Shown in pieces: positions 47,845 to 57,966 of a DNA stretch of 64,000 nucleotides. The translations under genes were made by a program, and so were the position numbers. The notes below the pieces were generated by a model. The model was not told the origin of the DNA. It saw only the letters and a list, made by a program, of their open reading frames with translations, and did not search any database. This DNA is from Actinomycetota bacterium (GTDB lineage: Bacteria > Actinomycetota > UBA4738 > JBBDHU01): assembly GCA_040880705.1 (NCBI GenBank), contig JBBDHU010000007.1, positions 137,246 through 201,245 of the forward strand. Direction: 5' to 3'. Position 1 is the stretch's first letter, and each line of letters begins with the position of its first letter.

Positions 47845-48303
47845 ATGTCCCGGTCAAGCGCGTTGCTCGGACTTGCGTTCGCCCTGTTGGTGACGGCATG
47901 CAGCCAGAACGAGCAGCTTCCCACCGCGCGCCGCACTCTCCCACCGCCATTCGAGGGCGCACCCCCCCTCGTCTGCCTCTCCCCGGATAATGCGGCCCTC
48001 ATAGATTGCGAAACCGCTTCCAGGAGAGCTGAAAGGTATACGCAGCAACTAATCGGGGCGGCAATTCTCATAGGTGACGCGACGGAGCTGAACGCCAGCT
48101 TGAAGCACGGCGCTCACCAAGGAGGGAGAGACCCTGTTTGGGTGGTGACCTATTCAGGACTTCTCAGGACGGTGAGTGCTGCACAAACCTGCAGATTTGT
48201 TGGATCGTACGCGATCAGGGTTGACGCGAAGACCGGCCAGGTTGTTGCCACCAGTGTCTCCAAGCAAGGTTTTGAGACATGTGAAGGACGCGGAGGGCTA
48301 TAG
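47845..48303 (+). CDS. Hypothetical lipoprotein (PepSY-like C-terminus)
   Basis: Lipobox LVTAC, SD GGAGG, and PVWVV...VDAKTGQVV. Confidence 0.7.
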   Translation: MSRSSALLGLAFALLVTACSQNEQLPTARRTLPPPFEGAPPLVCLSPDNAALIDCETASRRAERYTQQLIGAAILIGDATELNASLKHGAHQGGRDPVWVVTYSGLLRTVSAAQTCRFVGSYAIRVDAKTGQVVATSVSKQGFETCEGRGGL

Positions 48304-48333
48304 AAGCAACCATATCCAGCTGTCCAGCAGCGC

Positions 48334-49590
48334 TCACGCCTTTGTTAGGTATCCGTAGCGGTTCGTGAAGTCAACTATTGACATGCCGGCGACGTCGGCA
48401 AGGGCCGAGAGCACCGCGGGGTCGTCGAAGTCTTCCTTTTTCAGGCGGATCATGTACTCGGTCGCCACCTTGTAAGTGGTCGAGTTCAGATCAACAAGCC
48501 GCGTCATCGGGCGGCCGGTTTTCGGGTCGTTGAACGAACCGAACGGCAACACTTCAAGGTTCCCGTCGTGAAGCGTGATCATCGCGCCGGCTTCGCGCGA
48601 GTCACCTTCGTGCAACATCCGCAGATGGTCGAACGCGCCCCAGCCGAGGTCGCGGGTGTAGTCGATGTCCCATGGGATCGGCGGCGCGCCGCGAAGCTCG
48701 TAGCCGATGTTCTTCGCGGTGATCGTCACCTTCTCCCCGCGTTCCTTGAACCGCTTCGAGACTACGTCGGCGAGTATCCGGTGAAGGTTCAGCTCCTCGA
48801 GCCTGATGTGGCCGTGCTCGTCGCGCTCGATGTCCGGCGCTGCTTCGGCCAGTTCGTCTTCCGGGAGCCGCTCCCCTATCCCCTCCGCGATCACCGCGAC
48901 ACCGAACGGCCGCCCATGCGTCACGCGCTTCAGCATCGAGGTCTCCAGGATGTCGGCAACGTGCTTCAAGGGGATCGGCCCGGCCGGGAACTCCTCGGCT
49001 ATAACCGTCACCGTCGCGCCGCTCGCCTTCCCGATCCCCAAAGCGAGGTGCCCGGCCGTCCGCCCCATAGCGACGACGAAATACCACTTCTTCGTGGCGG
49101 TGGCGTCGGTCAATAGGTTCGTCACCAGATTCACTCCGACGTGCCGCGCGGTCTGGAAACCGAAGGTCACCTGCCCTCCGGGAAGAGGCAAGTCGTTGTC
49201 GATCGTCTTCGGGACGTGAACCACCTTGAGCGTTCCGCCGGCTTCCTCCGCGAGCCTCGTCGCGGAGAACGCCGTGTCGTCGCCGCCGATAGTTATCAGC
49301 CCGTGGAGCTGGAGTTCCTTGAGAGCAAGGACACAAGCCTGCAGGTACTCCTCGTTCTTCGTCGGATTCGCGCGGGAGGTACCGAGAATCGTGCCGCCCA
49401 AGCCGTGGATACGAGATACGTCACCGATCTCGAGCGTGTCGACCTGCGGAGGCCCATCGATGAGGTGCTCGAAGCCGTCGTGTATGCCGACGACCTCCCA
49501 GCCGGAGTTCCGCGCCTCGATCGTGGCCGCGGAGATCACGGAGTTGATGCCCGGGGCCGGGCCTCCACCGCAGAGGATTCCGAGCTTCAT
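48334..49590 (-). CDS. pfp: Pyrophosphate-dependent phosphofructokinase
   Basis: GGGPAPG, GGDD (Asp form), PKTIDND, MGR and GYELR. Confidence 0.88.
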   Translation of the reverse strand: MKLGILCGGGPAPGINSVISAATIEARNSGWEVVGIHDGFEHLIDGPPQVDTLEIGDVSRIHGLGGTILGTSRANPTKNEEYLQACVLALKELQLHGLITIGGDDTAFSATRLAEEAGGTLKVVHVPKTIDNDLPLPGGQVTFGFQTARHVGVNLVTNLLTDATATKKWYFVVAMGRTAGHLALGIGKASGATVTVIAEEFPAGPIPLKHVADILETSMLKRVTHGRPFGVAVIAEGIGERLPEDELAEAAPDIERDEHGHIRLEELNLHRILADVVSKRFKERGEKVTITAKNIGYELRGAPPIPWDIDYTRDLGWGAFDHLRMLHEGDSREAGAMITLHDGNLEVLPFGSFNDPKTGRPMTRLVDLNSTTYKVATEYMIRLKKEDFDDPAVLSALADVAGMSIVDFTNRYGYLTKA

Positions 49591-49591
49591 C

Positions 49592-52500
49592 TCACTCTGT
49601 ATACCGGACGGCCTCGGCCGGCGGTAGCCGCGAGGCACGCCACGCCGGCCCGATCGTGACCAAGAGCACGGAGATATACACGAGCAAGATGGACCCGCGA
49701 AGCGTCGGCCATTCGATCCCGAACACAGACTCCTCGAAGAACGACGTGAAGAAGATCCACGCCATCAGGATTCCGGCCAGGCATCCGACGGCCACACCCA
49801 GGGTCGTCGTTGCTCCGGCTTCGACCAGCAACCCGGCCATCACACCGCGTTTTCGAAATCCGATCGCGCGCAGCACCCCGATTACGTGCCTTCGCTCGAC
49901 GACCGCCCGCAACGCGAGGATCCCCAGCGAGAGGATCCCTACGACCAGCCCCATCTTCATGAGCACGTCGATCACCGAGAACAGCGTGCGGTTGGCACGA
50001 TATCCCCGCTCCATCAGCTCGCGTGTCGTGTCGGCGTTCACGCCTTTCTTGAAACGGGCTCGTTCGATCTCGTGCGCTACATCGTCGGCGTCCACCCCGG
50101 GCTTAAGCGCAAGCAAGACCGTGTGCCCGGTTGAGACCGTGTCAAGTTTCTCGAGCGCGTTCTCGGACGCGGTGATGCCACGGAACAATCCGAAACCGGG
50201 ATTGCCGGCAATCTCGTAGGTAACATCCCCGTTCTCGCCCTCGAGAATCAGCTCGTCGCCCGGGTTCCCGAAGTCGCTTACGACCCATTTCGAACCGGAG
50301 GCCGCCACCGCCCTCCACACTTCGGCATCGCTGTCGAAGGCTTCCTCCCTGCCCGACAGCCTCATCGGCGGATCCGCGAACTGCTCGTCGCTGAATGCGT
50401 AAAGAGGCAGGAACGACCGCTCCACGTCGGCGAACTGCGAGTCCATCGGACCCGTGTACACCTTCGTCACGATGTCGGCCTGGTGATCGACCTCGTCTCG
50501 AACGCTCTTGGGAAGATCGACGCCCTTCTTCTTCGGTTCGGCCACCACTACGTCGTAGCCGAGTGAGTCGCGCTCGTAGTGCGGCTGAAATATGTAGAGG
50601 AACGACGAGAACATCGAAATGATCGCCATGACCACCGCGAACATGATTATCGAAAGGCCGGTTCGCATTCGCCGGCGCGCGAGGTACGCGAGCGGCGGCC
50701 TTAGGGTTGCGCGCATTCGCCGGGACAGAGCGCCGAGGGACTCCACAACCCGGAGGTTGGCCGATGCAACCATCGAAAGGCCGATCACCGAGACGAGCAC
50801 CGACGCCGTGAAAACCGCGAAGAACTTGTTCGGGTCCTCCAGGGTGCTGATCGAGCGAACCATGTAGAACGACCACCCGGCGAGCGCCAGTCCGTAGACG
50901 CTCGCATGCAGCCTCTCCGGAACTCGCGATCGGGTAAGGCTGGCGATCAGCACGACCGCAGCGACGCCACCCATGAGACGCCCGAATTCCCGGTCTCCGC
51001 CGGCCAGTCCGGCTATGCCGAGTCCGAACAACGCCAGAAGGGCGATCGCGCGCGGCCACCGGCGCCGCCTCGGTTCCCTGGCCGGTTCGGGAAGGTTGCG
51101 GATCGCGGCGGGGATCGAAAGCCGAGAGGTTCGCCACGAGGTGAAGAACAAGGTGCCGAGGGTAACGAGCGCGCCCGCGGCAAAGGCCGTCGCCAGCGTC
51201 GCCGGTTTCAGCGAGAAGACGAACTTGAAATCGACTTCGGCGCCGAAGAACTCCGCGAACGCCTCTCCGAAGCGGATGGCGATGACGCGCCCGGCGAACA
51301 GGCCTACGGTCGTTCCCACGGCGGCGGCCATCAAGCTGTAAAGCGCCCCCTCCAGCACGGAGAGCGTGACGAGCCCGCGGCGAGTCAGCCCGAGCGCGCG
51401 CAGTACACCGAGCCGTGGCCTGCGTTCCTCGGCCAGCATCTGGGTGAGGTTGATCACCAGCGCGATCCCGGCCGCAAGCACGAGCGTGCTCATCCCGACG
51501 AGCATCGCGTAGGTGAATTCGGTACTGTCCGCCGCGGCGTCGATCTCCTTTTGCTTCACTTCACGAACGCGAAGATCCACACCCTTCCCCGCGTCCAGGC
51601 TCTCGACCGCCGCCTTCACATCAGGGAGTGCCTTCTCCGCCGTGGCCAAACCGGTCTGCGTGTCGCCATTCGCCGACAGACGCACCACGTTGATCTCGTC
51701 GGTGTGAGCAACCTCCTGAGCCAGCGAGAGGGGGGCGAAAACGGATGAGATCAGTCCATACGCGCCCGGCCCTTCCGAGCGGGCGATTCCCGCCACGCGG
51801 AGTTTGATCGGTTTGAGTTCGTCGATCGCATCCTCGAGATCGTCCTGGAGCCGCTCGAGCTCTTTCTGCAGATCCTTCGCGCGCTTCTCGTAGCGCTTCC
51901 CGACCTGCGCCGCCGCCTGCTGTCCGGCCGCTTGGGCGGCCGCTTGGGCCTGCGCCTGAACCGCCGCAGGGTCGGGCCCCGGAGGCACAACTGCGGGCGG
52001 CACCGATGACGGTACGGGTCCCTGAGGGGCTGGCGGCGGAATTCCCGCCGACAGCGCTTGTTGCGCGGCCGCCGCGACGACTGCCCGCGCCGCCGACTCG
52101 CCGGCGCGACCGGCGGCAGCCTCGGCCTTTCGCTCCGCTTCCTTTTGCAGATCCTTCAGCTCGCGAACGACGTCCTTGATCTTCTTGCCGATGCCCTTGG
52201 GAGACGGTTTCGGTTTCTCCAGGCGTTGCACGCCGAGCACGATGGTGTCCCCGACCTCCGCCCTGAGTTCGTCGGCAAGCTGGCGTGACAAAAGCACGCC
52301 GCGGTCGCCTAGATCGTCGAGGTAGGTTTTCCTTCCGTCGGTCAATGTGAACGCACCGAACTGCCGCTGCGTGGCGGGATCGACACCGATCAGCCGGACC
52401 CCCGAGTCGCTTTCCTTCTTCGTGCGGTCGGATACCGAACCGACCACCTCGAGGCCCGGCCCGACGCCGTCGAGATACGGTTGGAGCGCCGGATCATCGG

Positions 52501-52807
52501 CCAGCTCCGTCGCGATCCGCTCCGGGAAGACCTCGTCGCCGGCCTCGACCGTAAGGTCGGTGACTCCCCAGGATCTGTACGCGTTCAATACCGACGACTC
52601 GCGCGCCGAATCCGAACCGACGAGAGCGGCGGTGATCCCTGCCGCACCGACCATAAGTCCGCCGACCACTAGGGCCGTTTGTCCCGGCCTGCGAACCCCC
52701 TCTCGAAGGGCGAGCCGCCCGAGCAGCGGCTTTCTTATCCAAAGCCAAAGGACAATCAGATAGACGAAGACAAACAGGCCGCCGAAGAAGGCGAGACCCG
52801 AGTTCAC
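49592..52807 (-). CDS. FtsX/MacB-family ABC permease (two permease repeats)
   Basis: [13 protein letters not shown] and [13 protein letters not shown]; large extracellular domains. Confidence 0.88.
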   Translation of the reverse strand: MNSGLAFFGGLFVFVYLIVLWLWIRKPLLGRLALREGVRRPGQTALVVGGLMVGAAGITAALVGSDSARESSVLNAYRSWGVTDLTVEAGDEVFPERIATELADDPALQPYLDGVGPGLEVVGSVSDRTKKESDSGVRLIGVDPATQRQFGAFTLTDGRKTYLDDLGDRGVLLSRQLADELRAEVGDTIVLGVQRLEKPKPSPKGIGKKIKDVVRELKDLQKEAERKAEAAAGRAGESAARAVVAAAAQQALSAGIPPPAPQGPVPSSVPPAVVPPGPDPAAVQAQAQAAAQAAGQQAAAQVGKRYEKRAKDLQKELERLQDDLEDAIDELKPIKLRVAGIARSEGPGAYGLISSVFAPLSLAQEVAHTDEINVVRLSANGDTQTGLATAEKALPDVKAAVESLDAGKGVDLRVREVKQKEIDAAADSTEFTYAMLVGMSTLVLAAGIALVINLTQMLAEERRPRLGVLRALGLTRRGLVTLSVLEGALYSLMAAAVGTTVGLFAGRVIAIRFGEAFAEFFGAEVDFKFVFSLKPATLATAFAAGALVTLGTLFFTSWRTSRLSIPAAIRNLPEPAREPRRRRWPRAIALLALFGLGIAGLAGGDREFGRLMGGVAAVVLIASLTRSRVPERLHASVYGLALAGWSFYMVRSISTLEDPNKFFAVFTASVLVSVIGLSMVASANLRVVESLGALSRRMRATLRPPLAYLARRRMRTGLSIIMFAVVMAIISMFSSFLYIFQPHYERDSLGYDVVVAEPKKKGVDLPKSVRDEVDHQADIVTKVYTGPMDSQFADVERSFLPLYAFSDEQFADPPMRLSGREEAFDSDAEVWRAVAASGSKWVVSDFGNPGDELILEGENGDVTYEIAGNPGFGLFRGITASENALEKLDTVSTGHTVLLALKPGVDADDVAHEIERARFKKGVNADTTRELMERGYRANRTLFSVIDVLMKMGLVVGILSLGILALRAVVERRHVIGVLRAIGFRKRGVMAGLLVEAGATTTLGVAVGCLAGILMAWIFFTSFFEESVFGIEWPTLRGSILLVYISVLLVTIGPAWRASRLPPAEAVRYTE

Positions 52808-53499
52808 GAAGCTGCCGCCGAGAGGCTCCCGTCCTCGATACGACCGTCACGCATGAAGATCGTCCGACCGGCCAGGTCCGCAACCGATGGGTTGTGAGTA
52901 ACCAACACGATGGTTTCGCCGAGTTCCCTGTTCATTCGAACGAGCAACCCCATGACCGATTCTGTCGACTCGGAGTCGAGGTTCCCGGTCGGCTCGTCGG
53001 CCCAGACCACCGCAGGACGGTGAACGAGAGCGCGGGCGACCGCAACGCGCTGCTGCTCGCCGCCTGAGAGCTGATCGGGCCGGTGGCTCGCGCGATCGGC
53101 GAGGCCCACCGCCGCCAGAGTTTCAAGTGCGCCCTTGCGTGCATTTCGCTGGCGTTCGCCCAGCAACAACAGGGGGATCTCGACGTTCTCAACGGCCGTG
53201 AGGACGGGAAGGAGATTGAACGCCTGAAAGACGAATCCCATCGACTTAGCCCTCCACTCGGTTCGGTCGTCGTCGGAGAGGGCGTAGAGATCCTGTCCGT
53301 CGATCTTGATCGTACCGTCGTCGATCTGCTCGAGGCCGGAGAGGCAGTTCAGAAGGGTGGTCTTGCCGGAGCCGGACGGCCCCATGATCGCGACCATCTC
53401 GCCTTCCTCCACCGCGAGCGAAACACCCTTGAGCGCTTCGACATCGGTACCGCCACGGTAGATCTTGCGAACGCTACTTGCTTCGACGATTCGGCTCAC
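52804..53499 (-). CDS. ABC ATP-binding protein (LolD/MacB-like)
   Basis: [16 protein letters not shown] and DEPTGNLD. Confidence 0.95.
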   Translation of the reverse strand: MSRIVEASSVRKIYRGGTDVEALKGVSLAVEEGEMVAIMGPSGSGKTTLLNCLSGLEQIDDGTIKIDGQDLYALSDDDRTEWRAKSMGFVFQAFNLLPVLTAVENVEIPLLLLGERQRNARKGALETLAAVGLADRASHRPDQLSGGEQQRVAVARALVHRPAVVWADEPTGNLDSESTESVMGLLVRMNRELGETIVLVTHNPSVADLAGRTIFMRDGRIEDGSLSAAAS

Positions 53500-54208
53500 T
53501 GGCCTCCTCGGGCAATCGAGCCGGCGGCATGCCGGGCGGGGGAAGCGCGTCGCCGGCTTTCGCGCGCGACGCGTATTCGTCGACGTATTCCTGCCCGGAC
53601 ATCATCATGATCTCGTACATGATCTCGTCGGTCGCGGCTCGGACGGCATAGCGGTCGCGCGACTTTCCTTGATACTGGTCGAAGCGAAGCGGTTTCCCGT
53701 AGACGACTCTCACCCGTCCGGAAAGACGAGGCATCCTGCGGCCGGGTGGCTGTAGGTCGCGCGTTCCGAACAACACCACGGGCACGACAGGGCAATTCGC
53801 CTCCAGCGCCAGCCTTGCCACACCGGTCTTCCCGCGATAAAGGCGAGCGTCGGGGCTTCGCGTTCCCTCCGGATAGATCCCGAGAACGCCGCCCTCGCGC
53901 AGAACCTCCGTACCCGCGCGGATGGCGGCTTCGGACGCCGGGCCGCCGTCGCGCCGCACGGGGATGACCTTCAGGGCTTTGACGAACCAAAACGTCGCGG
54001 GGTTGTAGAAGTAGTCGGCCTTCCCGAGGAACACGACCGGTCGCTTCAGGAACAGCGGCAGGAAAAGACTGTCGAGCACCGACAGGTGGTTCGCCGCGAG
54101 GATCACGGGGCCTTTTGCCGGAACGTTTTCCAGGCCTTCGGCCTTCGGACGGTAGATGAACCTGAGGAACGGCCCGAGGAATACGCGCTTTATCAGCCAG
54201 TAGAACAT
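53474..54208 (-). CDS. plsC: 1-acyl-sn-glycerol-3-phosphate acyltransferase
   Basis: NHLSVLD, YPEGTRS and [10 protein letters not shown]. Confidence 0.9.
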   Translation of the reverse strand: MFYWLIKRVFLGPFLRFIYRPKAEGLENVPAKGPVILAANHLSVLDSLFLPLFLKRPVVFLGKADYFYNPATFWFVKALKVIPVRRDGGPASEAAIRAGTEVLREGGVLGIYPEGTRSPDARLYRGKTGVARLALEANCPVVPVVLFGTRDLQPPGRRMPRLSGRVRVVYGKPLRFDQYQGKSRDRYAVRAATDEIMYEIMMMSGQEYVDEYASRAKAGDALPPPGMPPARLPEEASEPNRRSK

Positions 54209-54262
54209 CCGCCAGTTAGACTACCGCCCGCCGCGGACAGGCACGAGGAGCGACAAAAACGG

Positions 54263-54385
54263 GTGCTGGCGAAATTCGGACTTCTCGAGTGGTTCTTCCT
54301 CGTCCTGCTCGTCGGGCTGGTCGGGGCTGCCGGACTCTTCGGTGTCTACATGGTGCTTCAGCTGTTTCGAAATCCTCCGCGCTAG
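54263..54385 (+). CDS. 40-aa small membrane protein
   Basis: MLAKFGLLEWFFLVLLVGLVGAAGLFGVYMVLQLFRNPPR fills the plsC-EEP gap; GAGGAG upstream. Confidence 0.55.
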   Translation: MLAKFGLLEWFFLVLLVGLVGAAGLFGVYMVLQLFRNPPR

Positions 54386-55062
54386 GCGTCCAGGTCGAGG
54401 TCGGCCACCAATGGCAGGTGATCGGAGGCGTCCTCCACACCCCGGCTCCTGACGACGGCCGCGCTCTCGATTCGGACTTCTTCCGAAACGAACAGGTAGT
54501 CGATGCGCGCCGTTGGGTCACGCGACGGGAAAGTCTCTCCCGTGTCGGTGCCCGCCCGGATCCACACATCCCAATAGCGTTCGCCGATCCAAGACACCGC
54601 CCTCCCCTCGGTCCCCTCGTTGAAGTCGCCGCCGATCACGAGCGGTTGAGTCAGGCCACGCGTCAGATCACCGAGTTCCTTTGCGTGACGGTCGCGCTCT
54701 CCGGATGAGAGACCGAGATGAACGCACAACGCCGACAATCTGTAGCCGGCCCTTCCCACTTGCGCGACCAGTGCGCCGCGCGGATAGAAGCGCTCGGAGC
54801 GTTCAAAGGCATGAACCTTGTGGGTCACTACTCGCCAAGGAGGCCGCGCCAGGATCGCGTTTCGAACGCGTCTCGCGAAAGGGAAGAGTGAACCCGCCGA
54901 ATACTCCATGTCCATCCCGCGCGCGAACTTCCGGAGGTGTCGCCGCGACCCGCACTCCGTGATCAGGGCAAGGTCGGGAGCGGTATCCGCGACGGCTTTC
55001 GCGACGTCGCCGGCCCCCGCGCGAAACCCGCGTGCGTTGTAGACAAGCACTCGAACCCGCAC
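54382..55062 (-). CDS. Endonuclease/exonuclease/phosphatase family protein
   Basis: YN, HL, GGDFNE, RIDYLF and SDHLP. Confidence 0.9.
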   Translation of the reverse strand: MRVRVLVYNARGFRAGAGDVAKAVADTAPDLALITECGSRRHLRKFARGMDMEYSAGSLFPFARRVRNAILARPPWRVVTHKVHAFERSERFYPRGALVAQVGRAGYRLSALCVHLGLSSGERDRHAKELGDLTRGLTQPLVIGGDFNEGTEGRAVSWIGERYWDVWIRAGTDTGETFPSRDPTARIDYLFVSEEVRIESAAVVRSRGVEDASDHLPLVADLDLDA

Positions 55063-55122
55063 GTGCCGACACTAACCCGCACGGAGCAAGTATTCGGTGA
55101 TTTGCGCGGTGCCCTGATGCCG

Positions 55123-56052
55123 CTAAGGCGTGATCTGAGTTCCGGCGCGGCCTTCGATAGCTTCCGCGGCATCCTCGAGCGAAGCGATCACAGCTCGTTC
55201 GCCGCCGGATTCGAGAAAGGCCACGGCCCCTCTGACCTTCGGGCCCATTGAGCCGGTATCCAGCCCGTCGAGCATCCCGCGAGCCTCGTCGAGCGACAGT
55301 TTCTCGACCAGCTCCTCGGAATCCGTCCCGAAGTTGCGCAGAACACCCCTCACGTCCGTTAGGTCGAGGAGGACTTTGGCGCCCACATCCCGCGCGAGGA
55401 TCGCCGCGGCCGCGTCCTTGTCGACAACGCCCTCCATGCCGATCAGTCTCGGCCCCTTCTCGATCACCGGCACTCCCCCGCCGCCCGCGGCGATCACGAT
55501 CACACTGTCGGCGATCAGTTGTGTCACTACCGGTGCCTCGACGATCGAATACGGATCCGGCGAAGGGACGACGCGCCTCCATCCGCCGTGAGGATCCGAC
55601 TTCATGACCCAGCCGTGTTCGGCCTCGGCCTTCTTCGCCTCCTCTTCGTCGTAGTAGGGACCAATGTATTTGGTCGGGTTCTCGAAGGCCGGATCGTCGG
55701 CTCGCACCCGCGTCAGGGTGAGCACGGTTGCGACCGGTCGCTCCATTCCGCGTTCGTAGAACACGTCGCCGATCGTGACCTGCAGCAGATAACCGATCAG
55801 TCCCTGGGACTCGGCGCCGGCCACGTCCAATGGCATCGGGTGAACCTCCCCGCGGGCCGCTTCCTGTTGCAGCAGAATCCGGCCGACCTGGGGGCCGTTG
55901 CCGTGGGTGACCACTACCTCCCACCCGAGCGCAGCGATCTCGGCGATCCGTTCGGCCGCGAAACGGGCGGATTCGTACATCTCCTCGTAGGTGTCCTCTT
56001 CGCCCCTGCGAAGGAGGGCGTTGCCGCCGAGCGCGATGACCACGCGGGTCAT
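55123..56052 (-). CDS. arcC: Carbamate kinase
   Basis: ALGGNAL, THGNGPQVG, WRRVVPSP, GGGGVPV, VVDKD and GSMGPK. Confidence 0.95.
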   Translation of the reverse strand: MTRVVIALGGNALLRRGEEDTYEEMYESARFAAERIAEIAALGWEVVVTHGNGPQVGRILLQQEAARGEVHPMPLDVAGAESQGLIGYLLQVTIGDVFYERGMERPVATVLTLTRVRADDPAFENPTKYIGPYYDEEEAKKAEAEHGWVMKSDPHGGWRRVVPSPDPYSIVEAPVVTQLIADSVIVIAAGGGGVPVIEKGPRLIGMEGVVDKDAAAAILARDVGAKVLLDLTDVRGVLRNFGTDSEELVEKLSLDEARGMLDGLDTGSMGPKVRGAVAFLESGGERAVIASLEDAAEAIEGRAGTQITP

Positions 56053-56053
56053 G

Positions 56054-57370
56054 TCAGCTTCCGAGAACCGGGGCCAGCGCGTCGCGGATGGTCGGCAAGC
56101 CGGGAAGCTCCTCGAGTTCGTAGCGAACCCTTACCGCCGGTTTCGAGAATTCGACCAAGTGGCGAAGGTCGATCGGCGTAGCGATCACAACCAGATCGCA
56201 ATCTGCGTTGTCGATCATTTGTTTCATCTCCGACAGCTGCTTGGGCGAATAGCCCATCGCGGGAAGCACCGGCCCGACGTCGTACTTCTGATACGTCTCG
56301 AGCATCGTGCCGACTGCCCACTGCTCTGGATCGACGATCTCGGCCGCGCCGTTCGCCCGCGCGGCTAGGACCCCGGCCCCGAACTTCATGTCGCCGTGGG
56401 TGAGAGTGGGACCGTCCTCGATGACCAACACTCGTTTGCCCCGGATCTCGTCCGGCCTGTCCACCGTGGTCGGGCTCGCCGCCTTGATCACCGTGGCGCC
56501 CGGGTTGAGCTCCGCGATAGTTGCCTCGAGCTGGGCGACCTTCTCCGGCTCCGCCGAGTCGATCTTGTTGATCACCACGACGTTCGCCATGCGAAGGTTC
56601 GCCTCGCCGGGGTGATAGGACGTCTCGTGGCCGGCCCGCAATGGGTCGGCAACGACGATGTGAACATCCGGCTTGTAGAAAGGCAGGTCGTTGTTCCCCC
56701 CGTCCCAAATCAGAACGTCGCATTCCGCCTGGGCACGCTCGAGGATCTCCGCGTAGTCCACTCCCGCGTAAACGACGGTTCCCGCGTTGATGTGCGGCTC
56801 GTACTCCTCGCGCTCCTCGATCGTCGTGTTCGCGGCGTCCAGATCCTCTAGAGAAGCGAACCGCTGCACCCGTTGCGCCGCCAGATCCCCGTACGGCATC
56901 GGGTGGCGAACGACGACGGTTCGCTTCCCGGCTTCCCGCAGCGTGCTGGCGACCTTGCGAGTCGTCTGGCTCTTTCCGGAGCCGGTCCTGACGGCGCATA
57001 CGGCGACGACCGGAACCTTGGCCTCGAGCATCGTCGCGCCGGGTCCGAGTATCACGAAGTTCGAGCCTGAGGCCAGCGCCGCGGCGGATCTGTGCATCAC
57101 GTACTCGTAGGAGACATCGGAATATGCGAAGACGACTTCGTCGACCTTCAGCTCGGAGATCAGGCGCGTTAGCTCGTCCTCGTCGTGGATCGGGATGCCG
57201 TTCGGATATCTCGGGCCGGCAAGCGAGGCCGGATAGACGCGATCCTCGATGAACGGGATCTGTTCGGCGGTGAACGCGACGACTTCCGTCTGCGGATCGT
57301 CGCGGTAAACGACGTTGAAGTTATGAAAGTCGCGGCCGGCCGCGCCCATGATGAGTACCCGCCGGGGCAT
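56054..57370 (-). CDS. Arginine synthetase (ArcE)-like P-loop protein (cyclic 2,3-DPG synthetase family)
   Basis: IMGAAGRDFHNFN, AVRTGSGKSQT, RHPMPYG, WDGGNND, EDGPTLTHG and LPAMGY; adjacent to carbamate kinase. Confidence 0.78.
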   Translation of the reverse strand: MPRRVLIMGAAGRDFHNFNVVYRDDPQTEVVAFTAEQIPFIEDRVYPASLAGPRYPNGIPIHDEDELTRLISELKVDEVVFAYSDVSYEYVMHRSAAALASGSNFVILGPGATMLEAKVPVVAVCAVRTGSGKSQTTRKVASTLREAGKRTVVVRHPMPYGDLAAQRVQRFASLEDLDAANTTIEEREEYEPHINAGTVVYAGVDYAEILERAQAECDVLIWDGGNNDLPFYKPDVHIVVADPLRAGHETSYHPGEANLRMANVVVINKIDSAEPEKVAQLEATIAELNPGATVIKAASPTTVDRPDEIRGKRVLVIEDGPTLTHGDMKFGAGVLAARANGAAEIVDPEQWAVGTMLETYQKYDVGPVLPAMGYSPKQLSEMKQMIDNADCDLVVIATPIDLRHLVEFSKPAVRVRYELEELPGLPTIRDALAPVLGS

Positions 57371-57374
57371 ACGC

Positions 57375-57947
57375 CTACGGTAGCTGGTTCGGCGTATCCA
57401 CGTCCCAGAGTGTCGCGCCGCGCGGATCGATCGGGCGCCATTCATTCTCAGGGAGCGTTCGTGATGCAACGGCGCCGAAGAATTCGTTCAGGGAATCCTT
57501 TCCGTCCGCGATGAGCTTCTCGGCGACCTCGCCGGTGCGCGTTCGCACCACCGCAGGCAGCGGACGGAACGTGTCCACATCCTGCATTACGAGAGCGTCG
57601 ACGTCCTCGTTATCCCTAACGGACGTGAGCATCAACCGGAGTACCGCCTGCGACATCTCGGGCATGTCCCCCGCGGCAACGATCGATATCGGAGTGTTCG
57701 ATTCGCGAAGCCCGGCAGCGAGCCCAACCAGCGGGCCACCGTCGGGCCGGTCGTCGTGAACCAGCCTGCAAGGAGCCAGAACGTCGAACGGCAGCTTGCG
57801 CTCGGGGCCATCGGCCCCGGTTACGACGAGGATCTCTTCACAAAGCATCGAAAGCGCCGCGATCGGGTGATGGAGCATAGGACGCCCACGCAGGATCACG
57901 GTCAGCTTGTCCTTGCCGTACCTGGTGGACTTCCCGCCGGCCAGCAC
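57375..57947 (-). CDS. mobA: Molybdenum cofactor guanylyltransferase
   Basis: LAGGKSTRYGKDK, GPLVGL, GDMP and DVDTP; start uncertain. Confidence 0.88.
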   Translation of the reverse strand: MLAGGKSTRYGKDKLTVILRGRPMLHHPIAALSMLCEEILVVTGADGPERKLPFDVLAPCRLVHDDRPDGGPLVGLAAGLRESNTPISIVAAGDMPEMSQAVLRLMLTSVRDNEDVDALVMQDVDTFRPLPAVVRTRTGEVAEKLIADGKDSLNEFFGAVASRTLPENEWRPIDPRGATLWDVDTPNQLP

Positions 57948-57966
57948 TATGCCCGTGGCATCGCTG

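Noticed and set aside
48020-48170. Glycine-riboswitch-like words (GGAGAG, GAAGG-like, CTCAGG) near the GcvT-family gene
   Set aside because: Wrong strand for the GcvT-like gene, inside the lipoprotein ORF, and I could not build the required helices.
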